Shown here: piece after piece, positions 52,787 through 62,327 of the stretch
How positions within the stretch are numbered: position 1 is the stretch's first letter
How the letters are laid out: every line of letters begins with the position of its first letter
Assembly (NCBI GenBank): GCA_046075565.1
Contig: JBJTQJ010000025.1
Coordinates: 32,001-96,000, forward strand
Source of the DNA: Verrucomicrobiales bacterium
GTDB taxonomy: Bacteria > Verrucomicrobiota > Verrucomicrobiia > Verrucomicrobiales > SLCJ01
Reading direction: 5' to 3'
DNA length: 64,000 bases
Translations under genes and position numbers: made by a program
Notes under the pieces: model-generated
What the model saw: the letters and a program-made list of their open reading frames with translations, nothing else
Database searches by the model: none
What the model was told of the DNA's origin: nothing

Positions 52787-54172
52787 TCAGAGACGCGCGA
52801 GCAGCTTGCCGTGGATACCACCGAAGCCGCCATTGCTGAGGACAAGCAAGACATCCCCATCGCGGGCAGCGGGCGCGACGCGCTCGACGATGGCATCAGC
52901 TCCACCCTCCAGCCAAGCCGGAATGCCGCGTATGGAAATCGATTCCACAAGGGCTCCGGGATCGAGGCGTTCGTCCTCCGGCACCTTGCCCGGATCCTCG
53001 ACACGCGATATCACGGCGAGGTCTGCTCCTGCCACGGCATCGGCCAATTCGTTTTGGAAGACCTTGCGGCGGGTCGTGTTCGAACGCGGCTCGAAGATGG
53101 CCCACAACCGAGAACCAGGAAAACGCTGCCGCATGCTCGCGATGGACAGACGAATGGCGGTCGGATGATGGGCGAAATCATCGATCACCGAGACGCCATT
53201 TTTCACGCCGCGCAATTCCTGGCGTCGACCGACGCCATTGAATCCATCAAGAGCTTCTTGGATCTGCACATCGGTCAATCCCGCGTGCCTCGCGGCGGCG
53301 GCGGCCATGGCGGCATTCCGGATGTTGAATTCGCCATCCATGGGCACGGTGAAGACGGCTTCCCCGAGTCGGAAAGTTCCGCGTCCGGGCGCTGCTTCGT
53401 TCATGATGATGCGGTCGGTATTGTTTTCCCCGAAGCCGACCGATCGCACGGGAGCCGGGGACTGGGCCGTGACTTCGAGGCAGTTGGCGTCGTCGCCATT
53501 GATGATGACCAGTCCCCCGCGCGGAACAACGCGCAGCAGACGCGAGAAGGTCAGTTTGACATCATCGATGGATTTATAAATATCGACGTGATCGAACTCG
53601 ATGTTGTTCATCACGACCACTTCCGGCAGGTAGTGGAGGAACTTCGAGCGTTTGTCGAAGAACGCGGTGTCGTATTCATCGCCCTCGAGCACTGTCCATG
53701 GTGAGTCGGTGAAACGCGCGCCCATGCCGAAGTTGCGCGGCATGCCACCGATGAGGAAACCCGGCTCACGCCCGGCATGCTCGAACATCCACGCCAGCAT
53801 GCTCGTGGTCGTTGTCTTTCCGTGTGTGCCGCAGACCACGTAGTTGTGTTTGCCAATCAGGAAAAACCTCCGCAGCGCCTCCGGTAGCGATAGGTAGTCC
53901 ATTTTCCGATCCAGCATGGCCTCGACTTCCGGATTGCCGCGGCTGAGCGCGTTGCCAACCACCACCAGAGTGCCTTCGGGCGGAAGATTGGCCGGGTCAT
54001 AGCCATCAAACAACCGGATGCCCGTGGTGCGCAGGAAATCCGACATGGGGGGATAACATTGGGCGTCGGACCCCGTGACTTGCCAGCCCCGGCGGGCCAT
54101 GGCCGCCGCCACGGCCCCCATGGCCGTGCCGCAGACCCCGATAAAATGAATGGCGTTCGCGCCGTTTTGCAT
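52787..54172 (-). CDS. mpl: Murein peptide ligase
   Basis: HFIGVCGTAMG, YPPMS, GTHGKTTT, EGDEYDTAFFDKRSKF, DDFAHHP, FEPRSNT, SNGGFGG. Confidence 0.95.
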   Translation of the reverse strand: MQNGANAIHFIGVCGTAMGAVAAAMARRGWQVTGSDAQCYPPMSDFLRTTGIRLFDGYDPANLPPEGTLVVVGNALSRGNPEVEAMLDRKMDYLSLPEALRRFFLIGKHNYVVCGTHGKTTTTSMLAWMFEHAGREPGFLIGGMPRNFGMGARFTDSPWTVLEGDEYDTAFFDKRSKFLHYLPEVVVMNNIEFDHVDIYKSIDDVKLTFSRLLRVVPRGGLVIINGDDANCLEVTAQSPAPVRSVGFGENNTDRIIMNEAAPGRGTFRLGEAVFTVPMDGEFNIRNAAMAAAAARHAGLTDVQIQEALDGFNGVGRRQELRGVKNGVSVIDDFAHHPTAIRLSIASMRQRFPGSRLWAIFEPRSNTTRRKVFQNELADAVAGADLAVISRVEDPGKVPEDERLDPGALVESISIRGIPAWLEGGADAIVERVAPAARDGDVLLVLSNGGFGGIHGKLLARL

Positions 54173-54324
54173 GCCCGGTATTCAAACCCCGGCAAGGCCC
54201 ACCGGCAAGGGGAAAGGCGGGGCTTGCCTAGGGTCACCACAAATAAACCGCATTTCCGGGCAGCCTGCCACTCGGCCCAGAAAGCAGATATTGATCCCAG
54301 GCGATTGCCAGCCATGCTTCGGCC

Positions 54325-55377
54325 ATGGCCATCCACATCATCGTGCCACCCGAAAGCCGCGAACGCGCGGAGGAGCTGCGCGGCCGATTGCTGGCCGGTA
54401 GCACCATACCCGGCGCCCGGCTATCGGAGAAGCTAGGCACCGGGCCACCACCGGGCGACACCCCCGATTTCCTGCTCCGGCTGATCGCAACAAAAATGCC
54501 GAGGATCTTCGCGGAAAGTGAAATCAGCGGTGATGGCAGCGACTGGACACAGGAAGAGCTTCGTTTGTTAGGCGATGTTTCGGTGGCCGTAGATACGACC
54601 ATCTTCGATGATGGCCGCCACCACTCGCCCCGTGTACATGAGAGGCGGTTCGGGGGCATGCTGGTTTTCACGCCGGGAGCGCTGTTGCGTGGCAATGGCA
54701 TTTCACCACCTTGCGATCTCGCTGAAGTAACCGACTCCGCCGGGAACTTGGACGAGGATGCATTCACCGGCCTTTACCTCCGCCGCCTCAGCCCGGTTTT
54801 CGATTTCATTCATCATCGTGCTCTCGCTTTTGGCCAACGCGCTCTCGTTACCATGCCGGGACTTGGCTGCGGGCAATTTGCCGGGCGATTTGCCGGGAGG
54901 CTCGGGGCCATGCTTGGTCGCGCCCTTCACCACATCCTTTTGGTGAATGCAGCTAAATGGCCTGGCCTCGGCGCTGTTTATTACGATCCCTATTCCGAGG
55001 GGAAGAACGAACGTCATCGTATCGGAGAGACGGACTTTCTCATCCGCCCCTTGTGCCATGGAAACGAAGACAAGCCGCAGCTTTGTCCGCCGGAAAGTTA
55101 TGCAGAAGCCGGAGATGATTTTTCCGGATTTCTTTTCCACGGCATCGTGGCATGGGACCATGTCTCCTGGCCCGGCAATGACTTCTGGGGAGGCGCTCGC
55201 GCGACGGATGACGGAGTCAAAGCCGCCGCGACCGATGTAATGAAATCCCTCACCGGAGTCGAAGGTTCCTACGATCCCGCGACCCATACCTACAAGCCAC
55301 CGGGTCCTTGGCGAACCTGGGAAGAAGTCGCCAGTGCACACCACCCGGAATGGTGGCGAACGAATCTAAACCCCTAA
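54325..55377 (+). CDS. Macrodomain-like protein, putative MavL-type ADP-ribosylhydrolase
   Basis: PRIFAES, PGLGCGQFAG and AWDHVSWPGNDFWGGARATDDGVKAA motifs; family recognised from memory. Confidence 0.7.
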   Translation: MAIHIIVPPESRERAEELRGRLLAGSTIPGARLSEKLGTGPPPGDTPDFLLRLIATKMPRIFAESEISGDGSDWTQEELRLLGDVSVAVDTTIFDDGRHHSPRVHERRFGGMLVFTPGALLRGNGISPPCDLAEVTDSAGNLDEDAFTGLYLRRLSPVFDFIHHRALAFGQRALVTMPGLGCGQFAGRFAGRLGAMLGRALHHILLVNAAKWPGLGAVYYDPYSEGKNERHRIGETDFLIRPLCHGNEDKPQLCPPESYAEAGDDFSGFLFHGIVAWDHVSWPGNDFWGGARATDDGVKAAATDVMKSLTGVEGSYDPATHTYKPPGPWRTWEEVASAHHPEWWRTNLNP

Positions 55378-55413
55378 ATCACCGGCCTGACAGCCCGCTC
55401 GAGAGGATCCCCA

Positions 55414-58400
55414 TTACTCGAAGCGGCAAATGGCCTCAATTCCGGCGGCCGAGCCGTCGCGTAACCAGCCATCGAGTTGCGATTGATCCTTGAGTTGCTG
55501 GCCACGCGGGCGGGGCACGGCGAGGAAGCGGACTGCGGCATCGGGCAAAGTGGTCATGTCGCCCCAAAGCTTCTCGAACTGCGCCACCGGCAGGATGTCT
55601 TCTTGTCCATTGCCCCAGCGTTTCTTCACATCCTTAAGGGTCACATAAGTCGGCATACGTGCGGCCAGGGCCCGCACCCCGGCGGTCACGGCGTCGGCAT
55701 CACCGAGCGACGCTCGATCGAGTTCGAAGAGGGCGAGCATCCGGTCGATGTGGATCCAGTTGGTGGCAGAGTTATAAAAGGTGAGTTTGAATTCGTCGTC
55801 GTCGCGCGCCATGGCGAGTCCTTCGACCAAACGCAATTGCCCGTTGATGCGGGCGAGACCGCCGCCCCGGTCTTCGATGCGTCGGCGGATCACTTCGACA
55901 CTCAAGGCCGCGCCTTCGAGAATGTGGCGGCCGAAGACTGTCGGATCGAGGTTCGCGCCGAGCGTGTCGATGTTGTGCAATAACAAATGCTCGAGGCGCG
56001 GGTTTTCCTTCACCATCGCGGCGAGTGTGCCATTGAGCAGAAGATTGGCGATCTCATACCAATGCCCGACTGGGTGCAGGCATTGCAAGGGCACATTGTC
56101 GGTGTAATCGCTGGCTTCACCATTTTGAATCGCCCAGTCGATAAGCGCCTTTTGCAAGCTGCGCCGGTTTTTCTCCTTCTGCGGATCGAGCTGTTGGTGC
56201 GCGACTTCTTCAAAAGCAAAGCGCAGGTCACGCGCCGTCGGAACCATACGCAAGCCGATGGATCGCCCCGGCGAAAGGATAACCTGACCGCCGTAGCCGA
56301 ACTGCTCGTGTGTATCAAGGAACTCGCGGGTCGGCCCCTGCGTGAGGAAACTCGTGGTGAACACATGCGCCGGCAGACAGCCGTATTCCATGCCGATAGC
56401 CCGGCTCTTTGCCAAATGGGTCTCGAGGAAACTGCGGTGGCGGCCGGACAACTTCGCGAATGGATGCAAGGCCTTGACCGTGCCCGCGCCCTGGGTCCAG
56501 CGGCTCCCGGCTCCGGCGGCGAGTGTCACGACGGCAATCCGGCCTTCCGACAAGGCTTGCTCGCCGATGCGTTTGGCTTCCTCATCGGCATGGTAAAGTG
56601 AAACCACATCTCCCTCGCGCGCATCTTCCACGGTCGTGGTGACCGGCAATCGATTCTGGGCCAAGCCGATGCGCCCGGACCGCAGATCCTCGCGGATGCG
56701 TTCGTGCTGCACGGCATCAAATCCCTGTGCGGCCAACAACTCGGCGAGGTTGCCCTGTGGTTCGCCGCCTTTGCGTTCGGCGGGCGGGAAAATCCGGTGG
56801 ATCAACGGGCCAACCAACGGGCGTTCACCCGCCATGAGGCTGCGTTCGGCGAAAGCATCCATCTCCTGGCGCGTTGTCGCCTTGAGCGTGCGCGGATCCT
56901 GGCGAAGCCAACGCGGCACCATCATCAGATAATACTCCGAAGACAACATGGCTTCACTGCCAGTTAGGAGAACGGAGGTCGATCCATTCTCATTGATGGT
57001 GAAATCATAGACCACAGGATCCATGGCGAAAGGCAATGCATTCTCCAGTTCACCTTTGCTGCGCCGCATGATTTCCAGAATGGCGGCGCGGGCCGATGCC
57101 TTTTGCGCGGGATCAACCCAGAAGCCCATGCCGCCGCCGGACATGCCCCCGAGCATGACGAAACCACGGAAGGCGTCGCCGAGCGCTTCCTTCGCGCGTG
57201 CGATGAGCCATTCGGTGTAAGCGTTGCTCGCCCACGGGATGATGGCTTGCAGCGGACCGAAGAAATTGCGGGTGGTGAGTTCGGCCACACGATCCACTTC
57301 ACCTGCTTGCAAGGCATTGACGATCCCATGCAGGATTTGCTGCGCTTCCAATCGTGCCTCCCACTCCTTTTCCAGTTTGAGCAGGTATTTCTCCGTCACC
57401 ATCTCGAGAATGGGGCCGACATTCTGCGACATCCCGCCGTGCACGAGGATCAAGCTGTCCTGCAATTGCTGGCGCGTTTCCGGAGAAATGCGATCCTGCC
57501 CAAACAAAGTATGGCGTGGCAACAAACGGCCGCGGCTGATACCGCATTCGGTATCACCATCAACCGCCGCCTCGCCTTGGATCAACTTGATGCCCGGCCA
57601 GACCCCGCCGGAGTCCTGCCATCCGCCGCCAGAACCACCCAGCCATTCGCCAAGAATGGCGCGGCTCGCGATGGTGCGGCGTTCATCTTCGCTCAGTCCG
57701 CCGGTCAGGCTTTCCGTCTGCCCGCTTGCCCGCATACAGAGCGCGATGAGGCATCCTAACAAATTGGTCGACACCGCCAGGCGCGAACCCTTCGGGATAT
57801 CGCGCACCTGGGAAACAATTTCCAGGCCCTTGCCGGGTCCGCAGAGCGCGGCCAGCACATCCGACAAGGCATGACCAGAGCCCTCCATGGCTGATGGGAT
57901 GATGCCGGAGGCAATGACGGCCGCCTTGAGCAGCCCGAGGTAATCCTTGGCAAAGTCGAACAAATCATCCAGCGAATCGACATCGGCAATGGCCCCGAGA
58001 TCGACGCTGGCCAACCGCAGCACTGGCTCATCGATCACGCGCAGGTAAGCACCGACCGGCGGCAAGGTCGAGGTATCGCGACCGTGCACACCGAGATCGA
58101 CGGAGATATTGAGCACCTTGGCTCCCTCCGGATAATCCATGCCAAGGAAAAAGATATCCGACCAAGCGGCATGACTCAGGTCCATACGCACCGAGGTTTG
58201 CTCGCGCAGCACCGGATACACGCCGTGTGCGCCGCCGCTTTGCAAAAGCTCCGGGCGCAGGCGCAAGGGATAGTCGGAAGGATGCCCGGTGCGGAACATC
58301 CATTGGTTTCCCTTCACCTTGCGCACGGTTTTCTGCACCTGCTGGGCGAGAGTCTTGAATGCCAATCCATGATAGGCGGAGGCCAGCGCGCTGCTGAGCG

Positions 58401-58731
58401 GGTCACTCGCTCCTTGGATGCGCTGGTGCTCCAGATAAACAGAAATGGCTTCCTCGAACCGCCGCGAGAGGCAAAGCTCGTGGCCTTCGTAAGGAATGGT
58501 CCCGGTGGTGTCGGCCGGATAATGAGGAGGCAAAAAATATCGATGGATCGCTTCGAGGAAAAAGATGGCGCGGACGCGATGATAGAAGTTTCCCGCTTCG
58601 AGGCGGAAAGACTCGAAGGCGTCGGCCATCGCCTCCAAACCGGATCGATCCGACGATCGACAGAGGGCTTCGAATGATATCCCGTCGGCGGCGTTTCCTT
58701 CCACCAGGGATTGCAGGCGTGGGTCCAACAT
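55414..58731 (-). CDS. GHMP sugar kinase fused to a UDPGP-family pyrophosphorylase
   Basis: VRMDL, PKGSRLAVS, GGGWQD, GGMSGGG (GHMP/fucokinase-like); LAAGAGSRW...K, PVGH, HNIDTL, GGGL, QFEK, LK (UDPGP/UAP-like). Confidence 0.8.
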   Translation of the reverse strand: MLDPRLQSLVEGNAADGISFEALCRSSDRSGLEAMADAFESFRLEAGNFYHRVRAIFFLEAIHRYFLPPHYPADTTGTIPYEGHELCLSRRFEEAISVYLEHQRIQGASDPLSSALASAYHGLAFKTLAQQVQKTVRKVKGNQWMFRTGHPSDYPLRLRPELLQSGGAHGVYPVLREQTSVRMDLSHAAWSDIFFLGMDYPEGAKVLNISVDLGVHGRDTSTLPPVGAYLRVIDEPVLRLASVDLGAIADVDSLDDLFDFAKDYLGLLKAAVIASGIIPSAMEGSGHALSDVLAALCGPGKGLEIVSQVRDIPKGSRLAVSTNLLGCLIALCMRASGQTESLTGGLSEDERRTIASRAILGEWLGGSGGGWQDSGGVWPGIKLIQGEAAVDGDTECGISRGRLLPRHTLFGQDRISPETRQQLQDSLILVHGGMSQNVGPILEMVTEKYLLKLEKEWEARLEAQQILHGIVNALQAGEVDRVAELTTRNFFGPLQAIIPWASNAYTEWLIARAKEALGDAFRGFVMLGGMSGGGMGFWVDPAQKASARAAILEIMRRSKGELENALPFAMDPVVYDFTINENGSTSVLLTGSEAMLSSEYYLMMVPRWLRQDPRTLKATTRQEMDAFAERSLMAGERPLVGPLIHRIFPPAERKGGEPQGNLAELLAAQGFDAVQHERIREDLRSGRIGLAQNRLPVTTTVEDAREGDVVSLYHADEEAKRIGEQALSEGRIAVVTLAAGAGSRWTQGAGTVKALHPFAKLSGRHRSFLETHLAKSRAIGMEYGCLPAHVFTTSFLTQGPTREFLDTHEQFGYGGQVILSPGRSIGLRMVPTARDLRFAFEEVAHQQLDPQKEKNRRSLQKALIDWAIQNGEASDYTDNVPLQCLHPVGHWYEIANLLLNGTLAAMVKENPRLEHLLLHNIDTLGANLDPTVFGRHILEGAALSVEVIRRRIEDRGGGLARINGQLRLVEGLAMARDDDEFKLTFYNSATNWIHIDRMLALFELDRASLGDADAVTAGVRALAARMPTYVTLKDVKKRWGNGQEDILPVAQFEKLWGDMTTLPDAAVRFLAVPRPRGQQLKDQSQLDGWLRDGSAAGIEAICRFE

Positions 58732-58745
58732 GATTCCGGAGTGGG

Positions 58746-59594
58746 TTAGCGGCGGGCGGCGTCGAGGGAAAGTTCTTCGGCGAGTATGGCGAGCAACTCG
58801 GCCCGCGCAGGGCCGGCCAAGCCCAGCGCCAATTGGGCGCGCAAGACCCCGAAGCGTGCCTCCAGGTCAGCCCGTCTTCCGCGCAATTCCGCCGCCAGGT
58901 ATTTTTCCCGCGAGGCAAGGCGTGCGAGCGCCGGGGTGAGTCCGGCTTTTCCATCTTTGGCTCGCGCCGCTTCTTCTTCTAACAAGGTGAAGATGCTCGG
59001 TCCGAGCACGTGCATGCCGAAAAAGCAGAGGTAAAATCCGCTCCGCAATCCCGGGACGACACATGATTGTTCGGCCAGCGTCGGGGTCGGCTTCTCATAG
59101 ACATTCTCCACCGTGTAGAGGCCGGACCGACCGGGGCACAGCAATCCCGCCACCGTGCCATAGTAGCGCAACTGGCTCTCGTGCGTGGCTTGCACCGCCG
59201 AGACCGAACAATCCTGCTCGGCAGCGATCTCCAGCAACTGCCGGGTGCAACTCGCCTCGACTTCGCTCACATAAAGATGGTCGCTCACTTGCAGCAGGAA
59301 AGGTTTGCCGGCGGTGAAATCCTTGCCGCAAAGCACCGCCTGGCCATAGCCGGAAGGTTTCGCCTGCTCGATGAGGGTGACTTTTCCCCCGAATCCGGAG
59401 AGAAGCTGCTCGTAGGCGGCCCGCTCCGATGGCTTCACCACCACCCCGGCTTTTTCAATCCCGGCCGAGAACAGTTCCTCCAACTGGATGACCATGGCCG
59501 CCTTCCAATCGCCCTGGCGATCATTCAGGTTCTGCATGGGCAGGCGGCGGGAATCCGGACCGGCGGCGGTGATAAGGGCATGTTTAGCTTTCAT
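58746..59594 (-). CDS. Sugar-phosphate nucleotidyltransferase (GalU/GalF-like)
   Basis: ALITAAG, EELFSAGIE, QAKPSGYGQAV, VYEKP, LTPAL. Confidence 0.8.
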   Translation of the reverse strand: MKAKHALITAAGPDSRRLPMQNLNDRQGDWKAAMVIQLEELFSAGIEKAGVVVKPSERAAYEQLLSGFGGKVTLIEQAKPSGYGQAVLCGKDFTAGKPFLLQVSDHLYVSEVEASCTRQLLEIAAEQDCSVSAVQATHESQLRYYGTVAGLLCPGRSGLYTVENVYEKPTPTLAEQSCVVPGLRSGFYLCFFGMHVLGPSIFTLLEEEAARAKDGKAGLTPALARLASREKYLAAELRGRRADLEARFGVLRAQLALGLAGPARAELLAILAEELSLDAARR

Positions 59595-59696
59595 GATAGG
59601 CGCTGAGGGCAGTGGCCCGCCACTATCCGAAATATTGCCTCAGGAAACAAGTGATTTTAGCGCCATTCCGTTCGCCCGGAGGCGGGGGAAACGCCC

Positions 59697-60146
59697 TCAC
59701 ATCTTGGCTGCCACCGCCCGGCCAATCTCCATCAGTCGCGCCTTTTCTTCGTCCGAGAAATCATGGGGCACCATCAGGCCCACGCCAAGCGTGCCCCGTA
59801 AGCTGCCGGTGTGCAGACAAGGCACGGCCAGCGAGCCTTGCACGTTGGTCGCCCGCGCTCCGGGCTTCGCCACCCCTCCGAGGTCCGCCTGCAAATTGCA
59901 CAATTCCACCGGCTCCCGGCGTTCGGCTGCCGCGCCCGCGATGCCCTTGCCTATCGGGATTTTTTCAATGACCGGCATCAATTGCGGCGGAATACCGCGC
60001 TGCGCGACCAGTGCCAGCAAATTCGTCTCCTCATCGAGCCGATGCAGCGTCCCGGTTGTCCCATTGAAGGAGGCGATGGTGGCATCAAGCACTTCCTGCC
60101 AATCGATGATGGGTGAGGATAAGAAATCGTTAATCTTGGAATCCAT
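59697..60146 (-). CDS. GAF domain protein
   Basis: IPIGKGIAGAAAERREPV, SLAVP, HDFSDEE. Confidence 0.82.
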   Translation of the reverse strand: MDSKINDFLSSPIIDWQEVLDATIASFNGTTGTLHRLDEETNLLALVAQRGIPPQLMPVIEKIPIGKGIAGAAAERREPVELCNLQADLGGVAKPGARATNVQGSLAVPCLHTGSLRGTLGVGLMVPHDFSDEEKARLMEIGRAVAAKM

Positions 60147-60172
60147 GGTGATTGTGTCGGCAATGTATGTTC

Positions 60173-60499
60173 TCACCTTTCCTCCATCTCGCGCAGTTTG
60201 TCGCCGATTTCGCGCAGATAGCCGTAGGAATAGATGCCGGTCCGGTGGCCGTCGGAAAAAGCGATGGCAAGAGCATATCCACCAACCGTCTGCCAGGAAA
60301 TGACGCGCACTCCGGAGTGGTCGCGCTTTTCCTCGCCCCCGTATTGTTTTCCTAACAAATCACGTTCACCCATGGTTTCCGCGCTAGGCGACCACGCCCG
60401 CAGGCGGTCCATGGGATAAATGTCTTCCCTTCCATCGGACCAGCGGATGGCGAGAAAGTCGCCGATGGCCTGCACGTCGTCGGGGAGAGGAACTGACAT
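60173..60499 (-). CDS. DUF971 family protein
   Basis: LAIRWSDG, LRAWSPSAE, VGGYALAIAFSDGHRTGIYSYGYL. Confidence 0.88.
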   Translation of the reverse strand: MSVPLPDDVQAIGDFLAIRWSDGREDIYPMDRLRAWSPSAETMGERDLLGKQYGGEEKRDHSGVRVISWQTVGGYALAIAFSDGHRTGIYSYGYLREIGDKLREMEER

Positions 60500-60506
60500 G
60501 GCGGGC

Positions 60507-61505
60507 TCACGCGTGGTTTTGCAGCAGACGCGCGGCTAACGGCGCGTGGTAAGTGAGGATCATGTCGGCCCCGGCACGTTTGATGCCCACCAATGATTCG
60601 AGCACGACCTTGTCGCGGTCGAGCCAACCGGCGGCGGCGGCCGCTTCGATCATTAGGTATTCACCGCTCACCTGGTAGGCGGCGAGTGGCAGGGTGGTGG
60701 ACTCGCGCAAGCGGGCCAGCACGTCGAGATACGGCCCGGCAGGTTTGACCATGAGAATATCAGCACCCTCTTGCTCGTCGAGCATCGCCTCGCGTATGGC
60801 CTCGCGGGTGTTGGTCGGGTCCATCTGATACGTCATCTTGTCGCCTTCCTTGGGAGCGGAGTCGAGAGCCCCGCGGAATGGACCGTAGTAAGCGGACGCA
60901 TATTTCGCGGTGTAGGCGAGGATGTTGATTGAGTCGAACCCGGCATCGTCGAGGCTGAAGCGCAGGGCCCCGACCCGACCGTCCATCATATCGCTGGGGG
61001 AAATGATATCGGCTCCCGCGCGGGCATGGCAAAGGGCCTGCTGGCAAAGCGCATCAACCGTCGCGTCATTCACGATTTCCAGCGAACCATCGGCGGCTCG
61101 TTTGACCAATCCATCATGGCCGTCGGAGTTGTAGGGATCGAGCGCGACATCGGTGATGATACACAATCCCGGATGCGCCGACTTCAAGGCGCGGATGGCC
61201 CGCGGGATGAGACCATCGTCATTCCAAGCTTCTTCGGCACCCGGTGTTTTCAGTTCCGCCGCGATGGCCGGAAAAAGCACCACCGCGGGGATGCCAAGCG
61301 CGTGGGCCCGTCCGGCCTCGGCAACGAGACCCTCCAGCGACCAACGGGTGCAACCCGGCATCGAAGCGATGGGCTGGTCGTCGTTTCCCGCATGCAGGAA
61401 AAGCGGGTAAATGAGGTCGCCGGGCGCGAGTCGTGTTTCCCGCACGAGCGAGCGGATCGCGGGAGTCCGCCGGTTGCGGCGCGGACGGATGGGGAGGTCG
61501 AGCAT
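60507..61505 (-). CDS. hemB: Porphobilinogen synthase (Asp-rich site, Zn-independent type)
   Basis: RPRRNR, DVALDPYNSDGHDG, SDMMDGR, YGPFR, MVKP, AYQVSGEY. Confidence 0.97.
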   Translation of the reverse strand: MLDLPIRPRRNRRTPAIRSLVRETRLAPGDLIYPLFLHAGNDDQPIASMPGCTRWSLEGLVAEAGRAHALGIPAVVLFPAIAAELKTPGAEEAWNDDGLIPRAIRALKSAHPGLCIITDVALDPYNSDGHDGLVKRAADGSLEIVNDATVDALCQQALCHARAGADIISPSDMMDGRVGALRFSLDDAGFDSINILAYTAKYASAYYGPFRGALDSAPKEGDKMTYQMDPTNTREAIREAMLDEQEGADILMVKPAGPYLDVLARLRESTTLPLAAYQVSGEYLMIEAAAAAGWLDRDKVVLESLVGIKRAGADMILTYHAPLAARLLQNHA

Positions 61506-61531
61506 CGCGATGACGAGGTGCCCGTTTGTCC

Positions 61532-62116
61532 TCAGGCGCGCACCGGGCTTGCCGACGGTGTCGACTGCCGGGCGGGCGCGAGGGCCACGAGGAAGAGGGC
61601 GGCGAAACCGAGGTTACCAGCCAGCGACTTGAGCAGGAAGGCCCAACTCGGGAGGAACCCGGGCAGCCCGGTGGTGTGCGCTTGCACGAGACCGGTCACG
61701 GTCTTCGGATAAAGCGGATTCACGGCCCAAGAAACCGAGTTGGCCAGCAGGTGGAAAGCAACCACGGCCAAGACCGTCGAACCGAGATAGGGAAGGGCCA
61801 GTGAAGCGCGGCGGGCCAGCGGGCGACCGGCCAAAAATAGCACGGAGTAGAACCCGATGGTCAGCAGCATGTAGGGGTGGAAAGCCGAGGTCTTGTAAAC
61901 CACGACATTCAGAATGAGATCCGAAATCAGGAACGCGGCGGCAGGGACCCAGGCCAGGCGGGCGTTCGGGGCGAGCACGGCAGCTCCCAGCACGAGGGCG
62001 GCGAAAGGAGCGAAGCCGGACAATGGGGCGGCAAGGTCGGCGGAGGCAAATCCTGTCCCCACACGGTAAACCACAACAGCAACTAGGAGAAAGAGAGCAG
62101 TCAGTCGCGAATTCAT
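61532..62116 (-). CDS. DUF6580-like putative transporter membrane protein
   Basis: Five to six TMs; FAPFAAL, ISDLI, YPKTVTGL...GLP motifs. Confidence 0.7.
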   Translation of the reverse strand: MNSRLTALFLLVAVVVYRVGTGFASADLAAPLSGFAPFAALVLGAAVLAPNARLAWVPAAAFLISDLILNVVVYKTSAFHPYMLLTIGFYSVLFLAGRPLARRASLALPYLGSTVLAVVAFHLLANSVSWAVNPLYPKTVTGLVQAHTTGLPGFLPSWAFLLKSLAGNLGFAALFLVALAPARQSTPSASPVRA

Positions 62117-62327
62117 AGCCCCACAAAGTGAACGACACCGTGCCCCTGCGCAAGGGCGGAATGGGAAAATTTGAGGAGAAAGGGAAGAACCGATATCGGT
62201 TTTTCGCTTTCCATCATCCCAGCGATCCGGAAGCCCTCCCGCCTTGATTTGCCCGATAAACGCAACTCCACGGGGTTTCGGCAATTCCCCTTGGCAATCG
62301 GGGCCAATCCGTGGCAGTCTCGTGCTC

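Noticed and set aside
51536-53704. 722-aa plus-strand ORF
   Set aside because: Antisense to the mpl cluster; no protein-like features
62117-62327. Cobalamin riboswitch upstream of the DUF6580 gene (also checked before metH)
   Set aside because: No B12-box or other consensus elements; promoter motifs abut the start codons
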